DNA of 64,000 bases from a virus (Duplodnaviria > Caudoviricetes): IMG/VR virus record IMGVR_UViG_3300045973_000093, positions 2,057-66,056 of that record. One strand, given 5' to 3'. The first letter of the stretch is position 1, and each line of letters begins with the position of its first letter. The notes under the pieces were generated by a model, which was not told the origin of the DNA, searched no databases, and saw nothing but the letters and a program-made list of their open reading frames with translations. This document shows positions 34,005-41,691 of this stretch, piece by piece. The translations under genes and the position numbers were made by a program.

Positions 34005-34460
34005 CTATAAATGAGATTGATCCCGCCAGTCGGCAGGCACGTCGTATCCTTCGTAACCACCTGCGCGATCCAAGTCGCAGCAGTTAGGCACGCACGGTGA
34101 ACACAGGCCAAATGCGCCTGTGAACGGAGACTCAAAGATCCACACGCACAGTCCTGAGACCCAAGTCGTACGTCCTTTGACACGCCCGTAGCCGGGACAG
34201 TCAATGTCGAACTCATGCACGGGTTCGTCGTCGTAGAAGCAGTCGCTCTCACGCTCGATCCGCATCTCGATCTCGTCCTCGCGATCCTCTGGGTCCACAG
34301 ACTCGTCGTCCTCGACCTCAGCACGAATCTCGGCAACCCGCGCTTCCCAGTGAACGTCGCGGCCCTCCATCTGGATCTGCATCACGACCTCTTGGTCTAG
34401 GCTGTTTGCCGAAATGATCCCGTAGCGGATGCCTGTCTCGGGGTTGGTGTTTGGTGTCAT
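34005..34460 (-). CDS. Acidic hypothetical protein
   Basis: TGIRYGIIS...CSPCVPNCCDL. Confidence 0.65.
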   Translation of the reverse strand: MTPNTNPETGIRYGIISANSLDQEVVMQIQMEGRDVHWEARVAEIRAEVEDDESVDPEDREDEIEMRIERESDCFYDDEPVHEFDIDCPGYGRVKGRTTWVSGLCVWIFESPFTGAFGLCSPCVPNCCDLDRAGGYEGYDVPADWRDQSHL

Positions 34461-34563
34461 GGGTATTTCTCCGCGAACGCAATCGCGTCGTCGTAGTCGT
34501 AAAACTTCATATGTGTGAACGTGTACTCGTCGAGCCAGTACCAGACCACGTACCAGCCCGCCT

Positions 34564-35568
34564 TCATTTCAATTCGGTCCATGCTTCTTCCTCCTCGGGT
34601 GTCCAGGCGATCTCCACCTGCTTGCCGTCCTGCGTATGCACTGCCGCGTCGTACTCGGTCTGCAGTGTCTTGATGCGCCAGTCGAACCCGCCTTTCAACG
34701 ACTCCTCGGCGTAGCTGCTACCGACGTGGCCCCAGCACTCGTCGGACTCAATCGGTGTACCGTGTTCGTCGAACCACTCAACGATGACCCCGAACACGTT
34801 GCCGTTGATCACGTCGTTGTAGTTGTCAAGAAACTGCCGGCAGTAGACCTTGCGGCGGCTGGCGCGGTCCAGGCCTTTTGCCTCGTCCGCGTCGAGCTGC
34901 TCGCTGAGATATTTGTCCGGTGCCCATACTCCTGCGCCACGAGCTGTATCCCAGCCGCACTGCATACCGCGTCCTGAGATCGACCAGCACTGACCGCTGT
35001 GTTCGTACACATCGAGTAGCACTGCGTCTTTGTTGCCGGGGAAGTAGGTGATGTCTTCCCACATCGTCTGCAGCACAGACTCGGCTGTGTCGTAGAACAT
35101 GAGGTCGCCCCAGCACTCGTAGTTCGTCTCGTAGGCCAGAGCGCGTCGGGCGTAGTCGTCATCTAACTCGCCTTCGCTACGCTCGAACTCTTCCTCGTCA
35201 GCACGTGCGACGATCTCGTCCAGCGGGTGCTTCTCAGTGACCAGCTCGATGTAGCGACGGACAAACTCGGCGGTGTGGCGCTCATACACGATGTCCAGAT
35301 TCCGCTCACCGTTGCGGTCCAGGCCAAGCGCTTCGTACCCGACCATGTGCTGGTCGTGTGAGGCGTAGCGATGAAAGCTGTACAGCCCACCCATGCAGTC
35401 GCCGATCAGGTCGTCTACGTCGCAGCCCGTGTCGTCTCGCACCAGATAGCCAAGCACTATCTTGTCGCCGACACGCGCCGTGTGGGATTCAAGCCAGTCG
35501 AGTTTTTCATACGACAGCCTGCAGTCCACACCATCAAACTCTTCAACGTACAGAGTCACTCGTCTCAT
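34564..35568 (-). CDS. Acidic hypothetical protein
   Basis: Start MRRVTLY at 35568 (SD GGAGG); YEHSG...CGWDT..G...G.V.G...SDECWG motifs. Confidence 0.65.
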   Translation of the reverse strand: MRRVTLYVEEFDGVDCRLSYEKLDWLESHTARVGDKIVLGYLVRDDTGCDVDDLIGDCMGGLYSFHRYASHDQHMVGYEALGLDRNGERNLDIVYERHTAEFVRRYIELVTEKHPLDEIVARADEEEFERSEGELDDDYARRALAYETNYECWGDLMFYDTAESVLQTMWEDITYFPGNKDAVLLDVYEHSGQCWSISGRGMQCGWDTARGAGVWAPDKYLSEQLDADEAKGLDRASRRKVYCRQFLDNYNDVINGNVFGVIVEWFDEHGTPIESDECWGHVGSSYAEESLKGGFDWRIKTLQTEYDAAVHTQDGKQVEIAWTPEEEEAWTELK

Positions 35569-35761
35569 GTTCTCGCCTCCAGTTCTTTGGTTGAAAGCGC
35601 TCCACCATGTCGGGGAAGGCTTCAGCAATGCGGCGCTCGTTGTCTGCGTCGGCGAACATCCACGCGTAACCGAGGTTGCCCGCGAAGTGACCACCAAACT
35701 CGCGCATGTTGGTCTTGACCAAGAAGCGGTCCTGCTCTGAGAGTTCGTTCCACAGGCTCAT
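35543..35761 (-). CDS. Hypothetical phage protein
   Basis: GG.F...L..AW..AD..N..RI..AFP. Confidence 0.6.
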   Translation of the reverse strand: MSLWNELSEQDRFLVKTNMREFGGHFAGNLGYAWMFADADNERRIAEAFPDMVERFQPKNWRREHETSDSVR

Positions 35762-35922
35762 GGCGCAGCTCCGCAGGCTTTGAGGAAGCGGGCCTTGTCG
35801 AACGTGGCACTGTGTCCTATGAGCGCAGAGGCAATCGCCAGTGCTGCGGGTGTGCGTGCCTCGGGAGGCAGCTCTTTGATAGTTCGAGCCAGCAGCTCGA
35901 AGTCTTTTCTACTCATGCTCAT
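35758..35922 (-). CDS. Small hypothetical protein (not in ORF track)
   Basis: MSMSRKDFELLARTIK...FDKARFLKACGAAP*; SD AAGGA. Confidence 0.6.
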   Translation of the reverse strand: MSMSRKDFELLARTIKELPPEARTPAALAIASALIGHSATFDKARFLKACGAAP

Positions 35923-35923
35923 A

Positions 35924-36667
35924 TTAGAGTTCCTTAGAGTTCAACTTGTTGTAACGCTCGACGTAGTCAGGTGTGTCCTCGAACGCGACAGGGAAGCGAC
36001 GACCGTCGTCACTTTCTTCTTCCTGCTCTTCCAGCAGTTCCTTCTTCCCAACGAGCTTGCCGACGTCGACCATCAGGTCTTCGTTGTCCAGTCCTCTGAA
36101 CAGAGCTTCTGAGAACGTGCCGTTGCCGCTGAGGTCTTCGAGCAGTCCAAACTCGTAGTCCTCTTCGTCGATCACATCGACCGCAGCCGTAAGGAGGCAG
36201 TAGAGCTGGTTGTGGTCCCAGCCCCGCAGCCGTCCCCACTCGGCAGGGTCGTTGCGGTAGAAGCTGATGAAGCCGTCTCGGCTGGTAAACATCTGCTTTG
36301 CAGCTTTACGCAGTGCGTTGCGCCCAACACGTCGGGCCAGGATCAACGCGTCTGAGTACTCAATGGAGGCGATGATCTGATCAGTCTCGAAGTTGTAGTA
36401 CTTAGGGCTGTCCAGCGACACATAAGTCAATACGATCTTCGTGCCCAGCTTGTCGTTGATAAAGCTCTCGAACACATCGACGTACTCAGCAGCAATGTGC
36501 CGGTGGGCCAGCCCGTAGGAGCAGTGCTGGAATATCAGCGCAGTGACTTCGTCTTGTTTGATGTCGTGCTTTTCGGCGAGGCTCATTGCGTACTGCTCTT
36601 CTTCGTCGTCCAGACTGCTAGACCAGACAGACTCGTAGAACCCGGCAAAAGGTATGCGTGCTTCCAT
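35924..36667 (-). CDS. Acidic hypothetical protein
   Basis: IPFAGFYES...SPKYYNFETD...FTSRDGFISFY. Confidence 0.65.
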   Translation of the reverse strand: MEARIPFAGFYESVWSSSLDDEEEQYAMSLAEKHDIKQDEVTALIFQHCSYGLAHRHIAAEYVDVFESFINDKLGTKIVLTYVSLDSPKYYNFETDQIIASIEYSDALILARRVGRNALRKAAKQMFTSRDGFISFYRNDPAEWGRLRGWDHNQLYCLLTAAVDVIDEEDYEFGLLEDLSGNGTFSEALFRGLDNEDLMVDVGKLVGKKELLEEQEEESDDGRRFPVAFEDTPDYVERYNKLNSKEL

Positions 36668-37167
36668 CAGTTTCTCCTGAAGACGTAACCGTCGTTGAAA
36701 TAGAAATCGTTGACAAAGAGATCGCGAGCTAGAGCCTCATAGTCGATGTAGCCCTCCAAGTGCTCTGGTATGTCCATGTACTCTTCGCCATACTGCTCGG
36801 CAAACTTCTTCTCGCTATCGGCCTCGCCCCAGTACGCTTCCTCGAAGTCGTTCTTGCTCCATGTACCGGCGTAGTCGAGGTACGCAGAGATAGCCTCAGC
36901 GGTCACATGACGTGGTGCTTCGTCGCGCACCTCTTGCCAGTCGGACAGGTCGAAGCTGCCGTAGCGCGAGAGGAAGTGGTGAGCGACTGTGCCGTCCACG
37001 TCTGCGACCAGCAGGTCACCGTCGTAGTCCTCAGCACAGAGTTCTGCCTCATGCAGTGCTTCGATCACATCGTCGGTGTCTGTTATCGAGTCCAGGTCGA
37101 TCCACAAGCCCTTGGTCGGGATGCCATCGACGTAGTAGAACGCTCGCTCATCGCTTAGGTCGGCCAT
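36667..37167 (-). CDS. ardA: Antirestriction protein ArdA (DNA mimic)
   Basis: GLWIDL...Y.GE.DSE..FA......IPEHL..YIDYEALARDLF..D......GYVFR; very acidic. Confidence 0.85.
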   Translation of the reverse strand: MADLSDERAFYYVDGIPTKGLWIDLDSITDTDDVIEALHEAELCAEDYDGDLLVADVDGTVAHHFLSRYGSFDLSDWQEVRDEAPRHVTAEAISAYLDYAGTWSKNDFEEAYWGEADSEKKFAEQYGEEYMDIPEHLEGYIDYEALARDLFVNDFYFNDGYVFRRN

Positions 37168-37354
37168 AGAATTTCCCCTTACTGTGTTGACTTCCTACGT
37201 GGTAGTACCCGCAGTGCGGGCATTTGTAGGGACGGATAGATTCCTCGCGCCGGGAGGACATACGCTTTGCGATCTCTGCTGCCAGAGACATAGACTTGTG
37301 TTTGTCTTTCCCAATGCAGTTCACTTCCGGCGCGGCCACGATGGGTTTAGTCAT
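37148..37354 (-). CDS. Small Zn-binding phage protein
   Basis: YKCPHCGYYHVG. Confidence 0.6.
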   Translation of the reverse strand: MTKPIVAAPEVNCIGKDKHKSMSLAAEIAKRMSSRREESIRPYKCPHCGYYHVGSQHSKGKFYGRPKR

Positions 37355-37562
37355 TGGCGCGTGCGTTAAGGAACGCGAGCAGCCCGGTCTTGTCAGTGGG
37401 CACGTCCACTTCGCGGTCAGTGATGTGCTTGCGCGGAATGCCAGCTTGGTTCAGCTCCTTGCGCTTGGCGCTCACGTCGGCTTTTGTCCCGACCCAGAAG
37501 TGTTTTTCTACAGGCTTGTTGTCGTCGTCCAACTCAACAGCGAAGATTTCATAGAGGCGCAT
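37347..37562 (-). CDS. Hypothetical protein
   Basis: SD AAGGAG, 71 aa. Confidence 0.65.
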   Translation of the reverse strand: MRLYEIFAVELDDDNKPVEKHFWVGTKADVSAKRKELNQAGIPRKHITDREVDVPTDKTGLLAFLNARAND

Positions 37563-37572
37563 GGTGTTCTCC

Positions 37573-38433
37573 TTAAAGGTCGATGGGGTTACGGAATCCG
37601 AGGAATACGGGATGGCGAGGCAGGTCTTTAGCGCCCACCTCGAAGTGCTTGACTTTCACAAGAGCACCCAAGTACTTACTTCGATTGGCCCAGATCTCGG
37701 TCCGTAGCGCGTCGTCGAAACCAGTACCGCAGTTGAACGATCCCGCTGGATGCTTGAGAACAAGAGCGCCAAGGTCTCCTCGGCCCGTCTTGTTTTCCTT
37801 GTGAGAGCTACGCTTTGTGCGGCCGAGTTCGTTCGTCGTTGCCTCATTCCCATTGTGTTGGCGCTCCTCAAAACCGATGATCTCGAACTCGCTATCGGTA
37901 AACCGCTTAAGCTTCAGGAGCAGTCCTTCCTTCGCAGTACTGCGTCCGAACTTGTAGCGACCCTGTGGATCGCGCAGGATCAGGCCTTCGTAGCCTTCGG
38001 TCAGGCAGAGCTGCTCGTAGTCCAGCAGTTCTTCAGCCGTGTGAATGGGGCGCTGATGCAGGAACTCCCAGAACAGGTTGATGCTCCCGCGAAGTTTGTT
38101 CGTACGTTCTAGGTACGGACTGATCGGGTGCTCTACGTGATCGAACACATAAAAATGCACATCAGGCTCACCACTCGCACGCATGACGCCGGACACCGTG
38201 TCGGTGTAGCAGGTCTTGCTGGTAGGGTGCCCAACGATCAGCTCCCCGTCGAAGTTCTCCAGGCCGCAGAACAGCCTCTGAACATACTCGTTCGGAATCT
38301 GCTTTAGAGAGCGTGAGAGTACGACGCCACCTTTAACAATGGCGCGTACGCCATCGAGCTTCGGGCTTGCGAGTACGGGATATTTCAGTGTTGCCATATC
38401 CACTGGATTGGCGAGCATAGGTTTGAATGTCAT
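37573..38433 (-). CDS. lig: Minimal ATP-dependent DNA ligase
   Basis: KPMLA, KLDGVR, DGEL, FD, EGLILR, LLKLK, C-terminal OB fold (GTGF..R...PRHPVF). Confidence 0.92.
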   Translation of the reverse strand: MTFKPMLANPVDMATLKYPVLASPKLDGVRAIVKGGVVLSRSLKQIPNEYVQRLFCGLENFDGELIVGHPTSKTCYTDTVSGVMRASGEPDVHFYVFDHVEHPISPYLERTNKLRGSINLFWEFLHQRPIHTAEELLDYEQLCLTEGYEGLILRDPQGRYKFGRSTAKEGLLLKLKRFTDSEFEIIGFEERQHNGNEATTNELGRTKRSSHKENKTGRGDLGALVLKHPAGSFNCGTGFDDALRTEIWANRSKYLGALVKVKHFEVGAKDLPRHPVFLGFRNPIDL

Positions 38434-38576
38434 GTCTCAAACTTTCTAATAGTAAATCTGTGTGCAAACTCTCGACCTGAGTCATAGGAGTTCATCAACT
38501 CCCAGTCGTCAAAGTGCGTTGTGTACGAAGAGCGAAACTCCCACACACCCAATAAAAATGCTTTGATGATCTTCAT
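38430..38576 (-). CDS. Small hypothetical protein (not in ORF track)
   Basis: MKIIKAFLLGVWEFRSSYTTHFDDWELMNSYDSGREFAHRFTIRKFET*; ATGA-coupled to ligase. Confidence 0.5.
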   Translation of the reverse strand: MKIIKAFLLGVWEFRSSYTTHFDDWELMNSYDSGREFAHRFTIRKFET

Positions 38577-38577
38577 G

Positions 38578-38763
38578 TCAGTGCCTCGGTTCATTCTTGG
38601 GTACATCACTGGCGATGCGCTCTACGAGCTTTGTCGCCTCCTCATCCAGCGCTCGCATCTGGACCTCTGTGGCCTTGCGCATCATCAGCGAGATGATCTT
38701 GCCTTTGTGCTTGTCTTCGTAGTACTGACGCCAATGGACGTCGTTCTTCCATCCGGGTTTCAT
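38578..38763 (-). CDS. Hypothetical protein
   Basis: 61 aa, packed in operon. Confidence 0.5.
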   Translation of the reverse strand: MKPGWKNDVHWRQYYEDKHKGKIISLMMRKATEVQMRALDEEATKLVERIASDVPKNEPRH

Positions 38764-38764
38764 A

Positions 38765-38777
38765 AGACACCGTTAGA
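38765..38777 (-). promoter_or_regulatory. Phased TCT motif
   Basis: Minus strand TCTAACGGTG-TCT-T-ATG. Confidence 0.5.
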
Positions 38778-38807
38778 GTTGAAGGTATGTCGCATTTCGC
38801 GACGGGA

Positions 38808-39185
38808 TTATTTGCGAACTACTGTGATCGTGAACTCTGGAAAGTCCAGAACTACAGAGCCGTCATTTTCTGTGACGGTGACGTTCGGTTTCTTTGTGCC
38901 GCGCACGACAGTGAGACGGTCTATCGGCTGTGGCTCAGTCTCTTCGGCCTCCAGCCATGTGTACGCATAGCGCGAGCGGGTCTGGTTGTTCTTGGCGGCA
39001 TACCAGCGCTGCAGCACACCTCTGCGCCACATGTGGCCCAGGTAATCCGAGACGCGGTTAGCAGACTCAGATAGCTCTTTTACTCGCGGATCGTCGTACA
39101 GGTCCGCGCATGTCTGGGGCGTGTCGCCCGCTTTTTTGAGCAACCCCTCCAGCACCTGATAAATTTCTGCTTCGCTCTTGATCAT
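38808..39185 (-). CDS. Possible winged-helix DNA-binding protein
   Basis: Helical N-terminus then RVSDYLGHMWRRGVLQR and beta hairpin. Confidence 0.55.
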   Translation of the reverse strand: MIKSEAEIYQVLEGLLKKAGDTPQTCADLYDDPRVKELSESANRVSDYLGHMWRRGVLQRWYAAKNNQTRSRYAYTWLEAEETEPQPIDRLTVVRGTKKPNVTVTENDGSVVLDFPEFTITVVRK

Positions 39186-39579
39186 TAGGCTCTCCGGTTT
39201 CGCTCAGTATCCACGACGCGATATTTTCACGCGTTTGGATCATGGTTTTGTATTCTAAAGTAGACATGTTGTTCTCCCACGTGAGGTCACGCAGGACAAC
39301 ACCGCCCTCTTTACAACCAACTATCACCGCGACATTGCGGCCCTCCCCGTAGCGCCCACGCAGCCACAAAACCTGAAGGGCTGACAAGTCAACCTTTACG
39401 TCTGCGGTCACGGGGACGCGTTCGAGGTACTTAAACTCAATCCAGAGATCGCCCTTCATACCGCTATACCAACAGTCGGCTGTTCCGCCCCGGTAGGGGT
39501 TGTTCATCTTCTCCCTATGGAGCTTTGTTGGCAAGTGCTTATGCACGCTGCCGATGAACGTGTTCTCGGGCTTTCTCAT
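39067..39579 (-). CDS. VRR-NUC/Holliday-junction-resolvase-like PD-(D/E)XK nuclease
   Basis: G.AD.W......WIEFK...LSALQ..WL......G.NVAVIVG. Confidence 0.75.
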   Translation of the reverse strand: MRKPENTFIGSVHKHLPTKLHREKMNNPYRGGTADCWYSGMKGDLWIEFKYLERVPVTADVKVDLSALQVLWLRGRYGEGRNVAVIVGCKEGGVVLRDLTWENNMSTLEYKTMIQTRENIASWILSETGEPNDQERSRNLSGAGGVAQKSGRHAPDMRGPVRRSASKRAI

Positions 39580-39932
39580 TTGATCTGACCGTTGAGTTCC
39601 TTAACGATCAGTTCTGAATAACCGCCGATGTCGCGCCACGAGTCATCATAGTTAGGGTCACCGTTGAGGATGCGTCCAATCTTGTGGGCGATCATCTCCA
39701 GCGCTTCGACCTGCGTCGCAGACAGGCGCTGCCAACCTGCTGTGCGCTTCATCGTGTTCTTCATATCCTGCGTGATGCGGGCGTGCCCGACGAAGGAACC
39801 GTAGCGCTTACCGCGCTCGTCGAGCGTCGCATCTATCCCCATCGGTTTATCTTGTATGTCCGGTCCTGGCTGCGTGGCCGGATTTGTATGGTCTTTGACC
39901 CATTGTTCTTTATCTTGTGCAGCACTGTGCAT
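39576..39932 (-). CDS. DUF6378-like protein
   Basis: TL.ERG.RYG.F...EALEMI.HKIGRILNGDPNY.DSW.DI.GY. Confidence 0.75.
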   Translation of the reverse strand: MHSAAQDKEQWVKDHTNPATQPGPDIQDKPMGIDATLDERGKRYGSFVGHARITQDMKNTMKRTAGWQRLSATQVEALEMIAHKIGRILNGDPNYDDSWRDIGGYSELIVKELNGQIK

Positions 39933-40039
39933 ACGGTCCCTTCCTTCGGTTTATAGATACTCCTGATGAGCGCCCTGCGTTCAAGACACTCATGAGGAGT
40001 ACCGGTGCTCCGGTACTTCTTCGCTTGACTTCGCGCTAC

Positions 40040-40279
40040 TTACGCAGCGACGACAGTCAGTTTTTCCAGCTCAGCAGCGGCCTTGGCAGCAGCCTTGCTC
40101 AGCTTGTCAATTTCTTTAGCGGCGGAAGCTTGGGCCTTCTCGAAAGCCTTAGCAGCCACAGCCTTCGCTTTTTCTGCATTCTTCAGATCAGCAGCGGTGG
40201 TTTTGACAGCAGCCTTAGCTGCGGTGATGACGGCCTTTTTGTCGGCTGCGGAAAGAACGGCGGATTTAGCACGTGCCAT
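40040..40279 (-). CDS. Small Ala/Lys-rich (histone-like) protein
   Basis: 79 aa dominated by A and K; SD GGAG; flanked by structured intergenic DNA. Confidence 0.65.
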   Translation of the reverse strand: MARAKSAVLSAADKKAVITAAKAAVKTTAADLKNAEKAKAVAAKAFEKAQASAAKEIDKLSKAAAKAAAELEKLTVVAA

Positions 40280-40347
40280 TTGAAAACTCCAGTAAGTTTG
40301 GTTCGTTAAAAATAAAGATTTTGATCGTCTGATTCCGATCTGTCATC

Positions 40348-40371
40348 AGATTGTGCGCAGACCCTGTTAGA
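40348..40371 (-). promoter_or_regulatory. Phased TCT motif
   Basis: Minus strand TCTAACAGGG-TCTGCGCACAA-TCTGAT. Confidence 0.45.
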
Positions 40372-40403
40372 AATCTGCATGCAGTCTGATCTGCATCAAC
40401 CGC

Positions 40404-41189
40404 TTAACGGCGTGCCACTTTCTTGGCCGCAGGACGACGGGAGTCGTTCGCAGCCGTAGAAGCGGACACATCGGGTTCAGTCAGCAGACGCTGCAAGGAA
40501 GATTCCTTGTTCGCGTACGCCACCGCCAGCAGAGGGTCTTTGACGGACAGAGCCTCGATCACCTCGAAGCGCAGAGAGGGGTACTCTTCGTCGCTCAGGG
40601 TAATCTTGGTCGTCACGCCACGCACAGGCTTGCCGTATTTAGAAGCCACGTTTGCGACGTGACTGTCGAAATACCGGGTTGCCGTGGACGAGACCTTCAG
40701 GATCTGGATCGGCGTGTCCTGATCAGCGTCCAGAGGCAAGAGTGCCAAGAGACGTGTGTTGGAGCACGCTTTGCCGCGTCCGTTGGCCGCAGACTTGAAC
40801 TGGTTGGCCCAGCAGCCCGTGCATGCCTCGCACTGCTTGTCGGGGCTGTTGCCCGAGGGGATAAGCCCTGCGGGTTCCATGCCGATAGCAAAGCACTTGG
40901 GGGGCACGATGTTGCTGCGGTCGAACTGCTTGTCGTAGTAGTAGTTCGCAGCAACGAACTCCACGATCACGCACTCCACTTCATCGACCTCCAAGCCGTT
41001 TGCCAGCTTGATGGTCTTGCCTTGGGTCACAGTGATGCGGTCACCGGACGGAGCACTGATACGCTTTTGGAGCGCAGCAATTTCCGCTTGCATTTCTGCT
41101 TCGATGTTCGCTGGGAGGTTGATTTTCGCTTTGGCGATTGCGGTGCTCGTTGATTTCGCGGCGGGTTTGGTTGCAGCTTTAGTAGCCAT
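40404..41189 (-). CDS. Probable ssDNA-binding/annealing protein
   Basis: Next to polymerase; P.C.....P........C..C..NQF.SA..GRGKAC.N.R.LA Cys pattern. Confidence 0.55.
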   Translation of the reverse strand: MATKAATKPAAKSTSTAIAKAKINLPANIEAEMQAEIAALQKRISAPSGDRITVTQGKTIKLANGLEVDEVECVIVEFVAANYYYDKQFDRSNIVPPKCFAIGMEPAGLIPSGNSPDKQCEACTGCWANQFKSAANGRGKACSNTRLLALLPLDADQDTPIQILKVSSTATRYFDSHVANVASKYGKPVRGVTTKITLSDEEYPSLRFEVIEALSVKDPLLAVAYANKESSLQRLLTEPDVSASTAANDSRRPAAKKVARR

Positions 41190-41221
41190 TTGGTTTTCCT
41201 TAGTTGGTTCGCGTTGCAGGC

Positions 41222-41620
41222 TTAGAGGTCTCGCAGGGAGATCTCACGTTTTGTGTACTGCGACAGCCCAGGCACAGCACCTTTCTTGTCCCACAGTTCA
41301 CGAACTGCGGGCGCAGAAATACGACGTTGAATAAGATGGAACTGTTTCGTCTTTGCCATGAAGGCGACGAACGTGTCCCAGTCATCGTTGTTGAATTGGC
41401 GGCTCTCGGACACAGACGCTGTGCAGAGCTTGCCAGTAGATTTTGAGATGCCTTCAGAGTCCATCAGATCGAGCAGTTGCGCTTCGAGAGCGTCCATCTG
41501 CCCGTTGATGGTCTTGACTTCGGCCTCCAGTGCTCGCTTCTTAGAGCGAAGATCGGACATTGAGTCGATGAGAGAGCCGACGGTGATTTTGGGTTTTCGC
41601 ATTGCAGTTACGGTCGCCAT
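41222..41620 (-). CDS. Coiled-coil replication-module protein
   Basis: N-terminal coiled coil; DW..F..F......HLIQRRIS. Confidence 0.6.
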   Translation of the reverse strand: MATVTAMRKPKITVGSLIDSMSDLRSKKRALEAEVKTINGQMDALEAQLLDLMDSEGISKSTGKLCTASVSESRQFNNDDWDTFVAFMAKTKQFHLIQRRISAPAVRELWDKKGAVPGLSQYTKREISLRDL

Positions 41621-41638
41621 GATTTTCCTTGGAGGTTG

Positions 41639-41661
41639 AGAGAATATCAGATTACGTTAGA
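41639..41661 (-). promoter_or_regulatory. Phased TCT motif (3 units)
   Basis: Minus strand TCTAACGTAA-TCTGATATTC-TCTCAA. Confidence 0.6.
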
Positions 41662-41691
41662 GCACAACGATAAAAAATATCTATCAGTTGT

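Noticed and set aside
39067-39185. Programmed frameshift or functional extension in the VRR-NUC gene
   Set aside because: No slippery sequence seen; most simply a stop-loss overlap with the next gene
39963-40020. Hammerhead ribozyme (CTGATGAG core)
   Set aside because: No stem II followed by GAAA and no matching stems I/III
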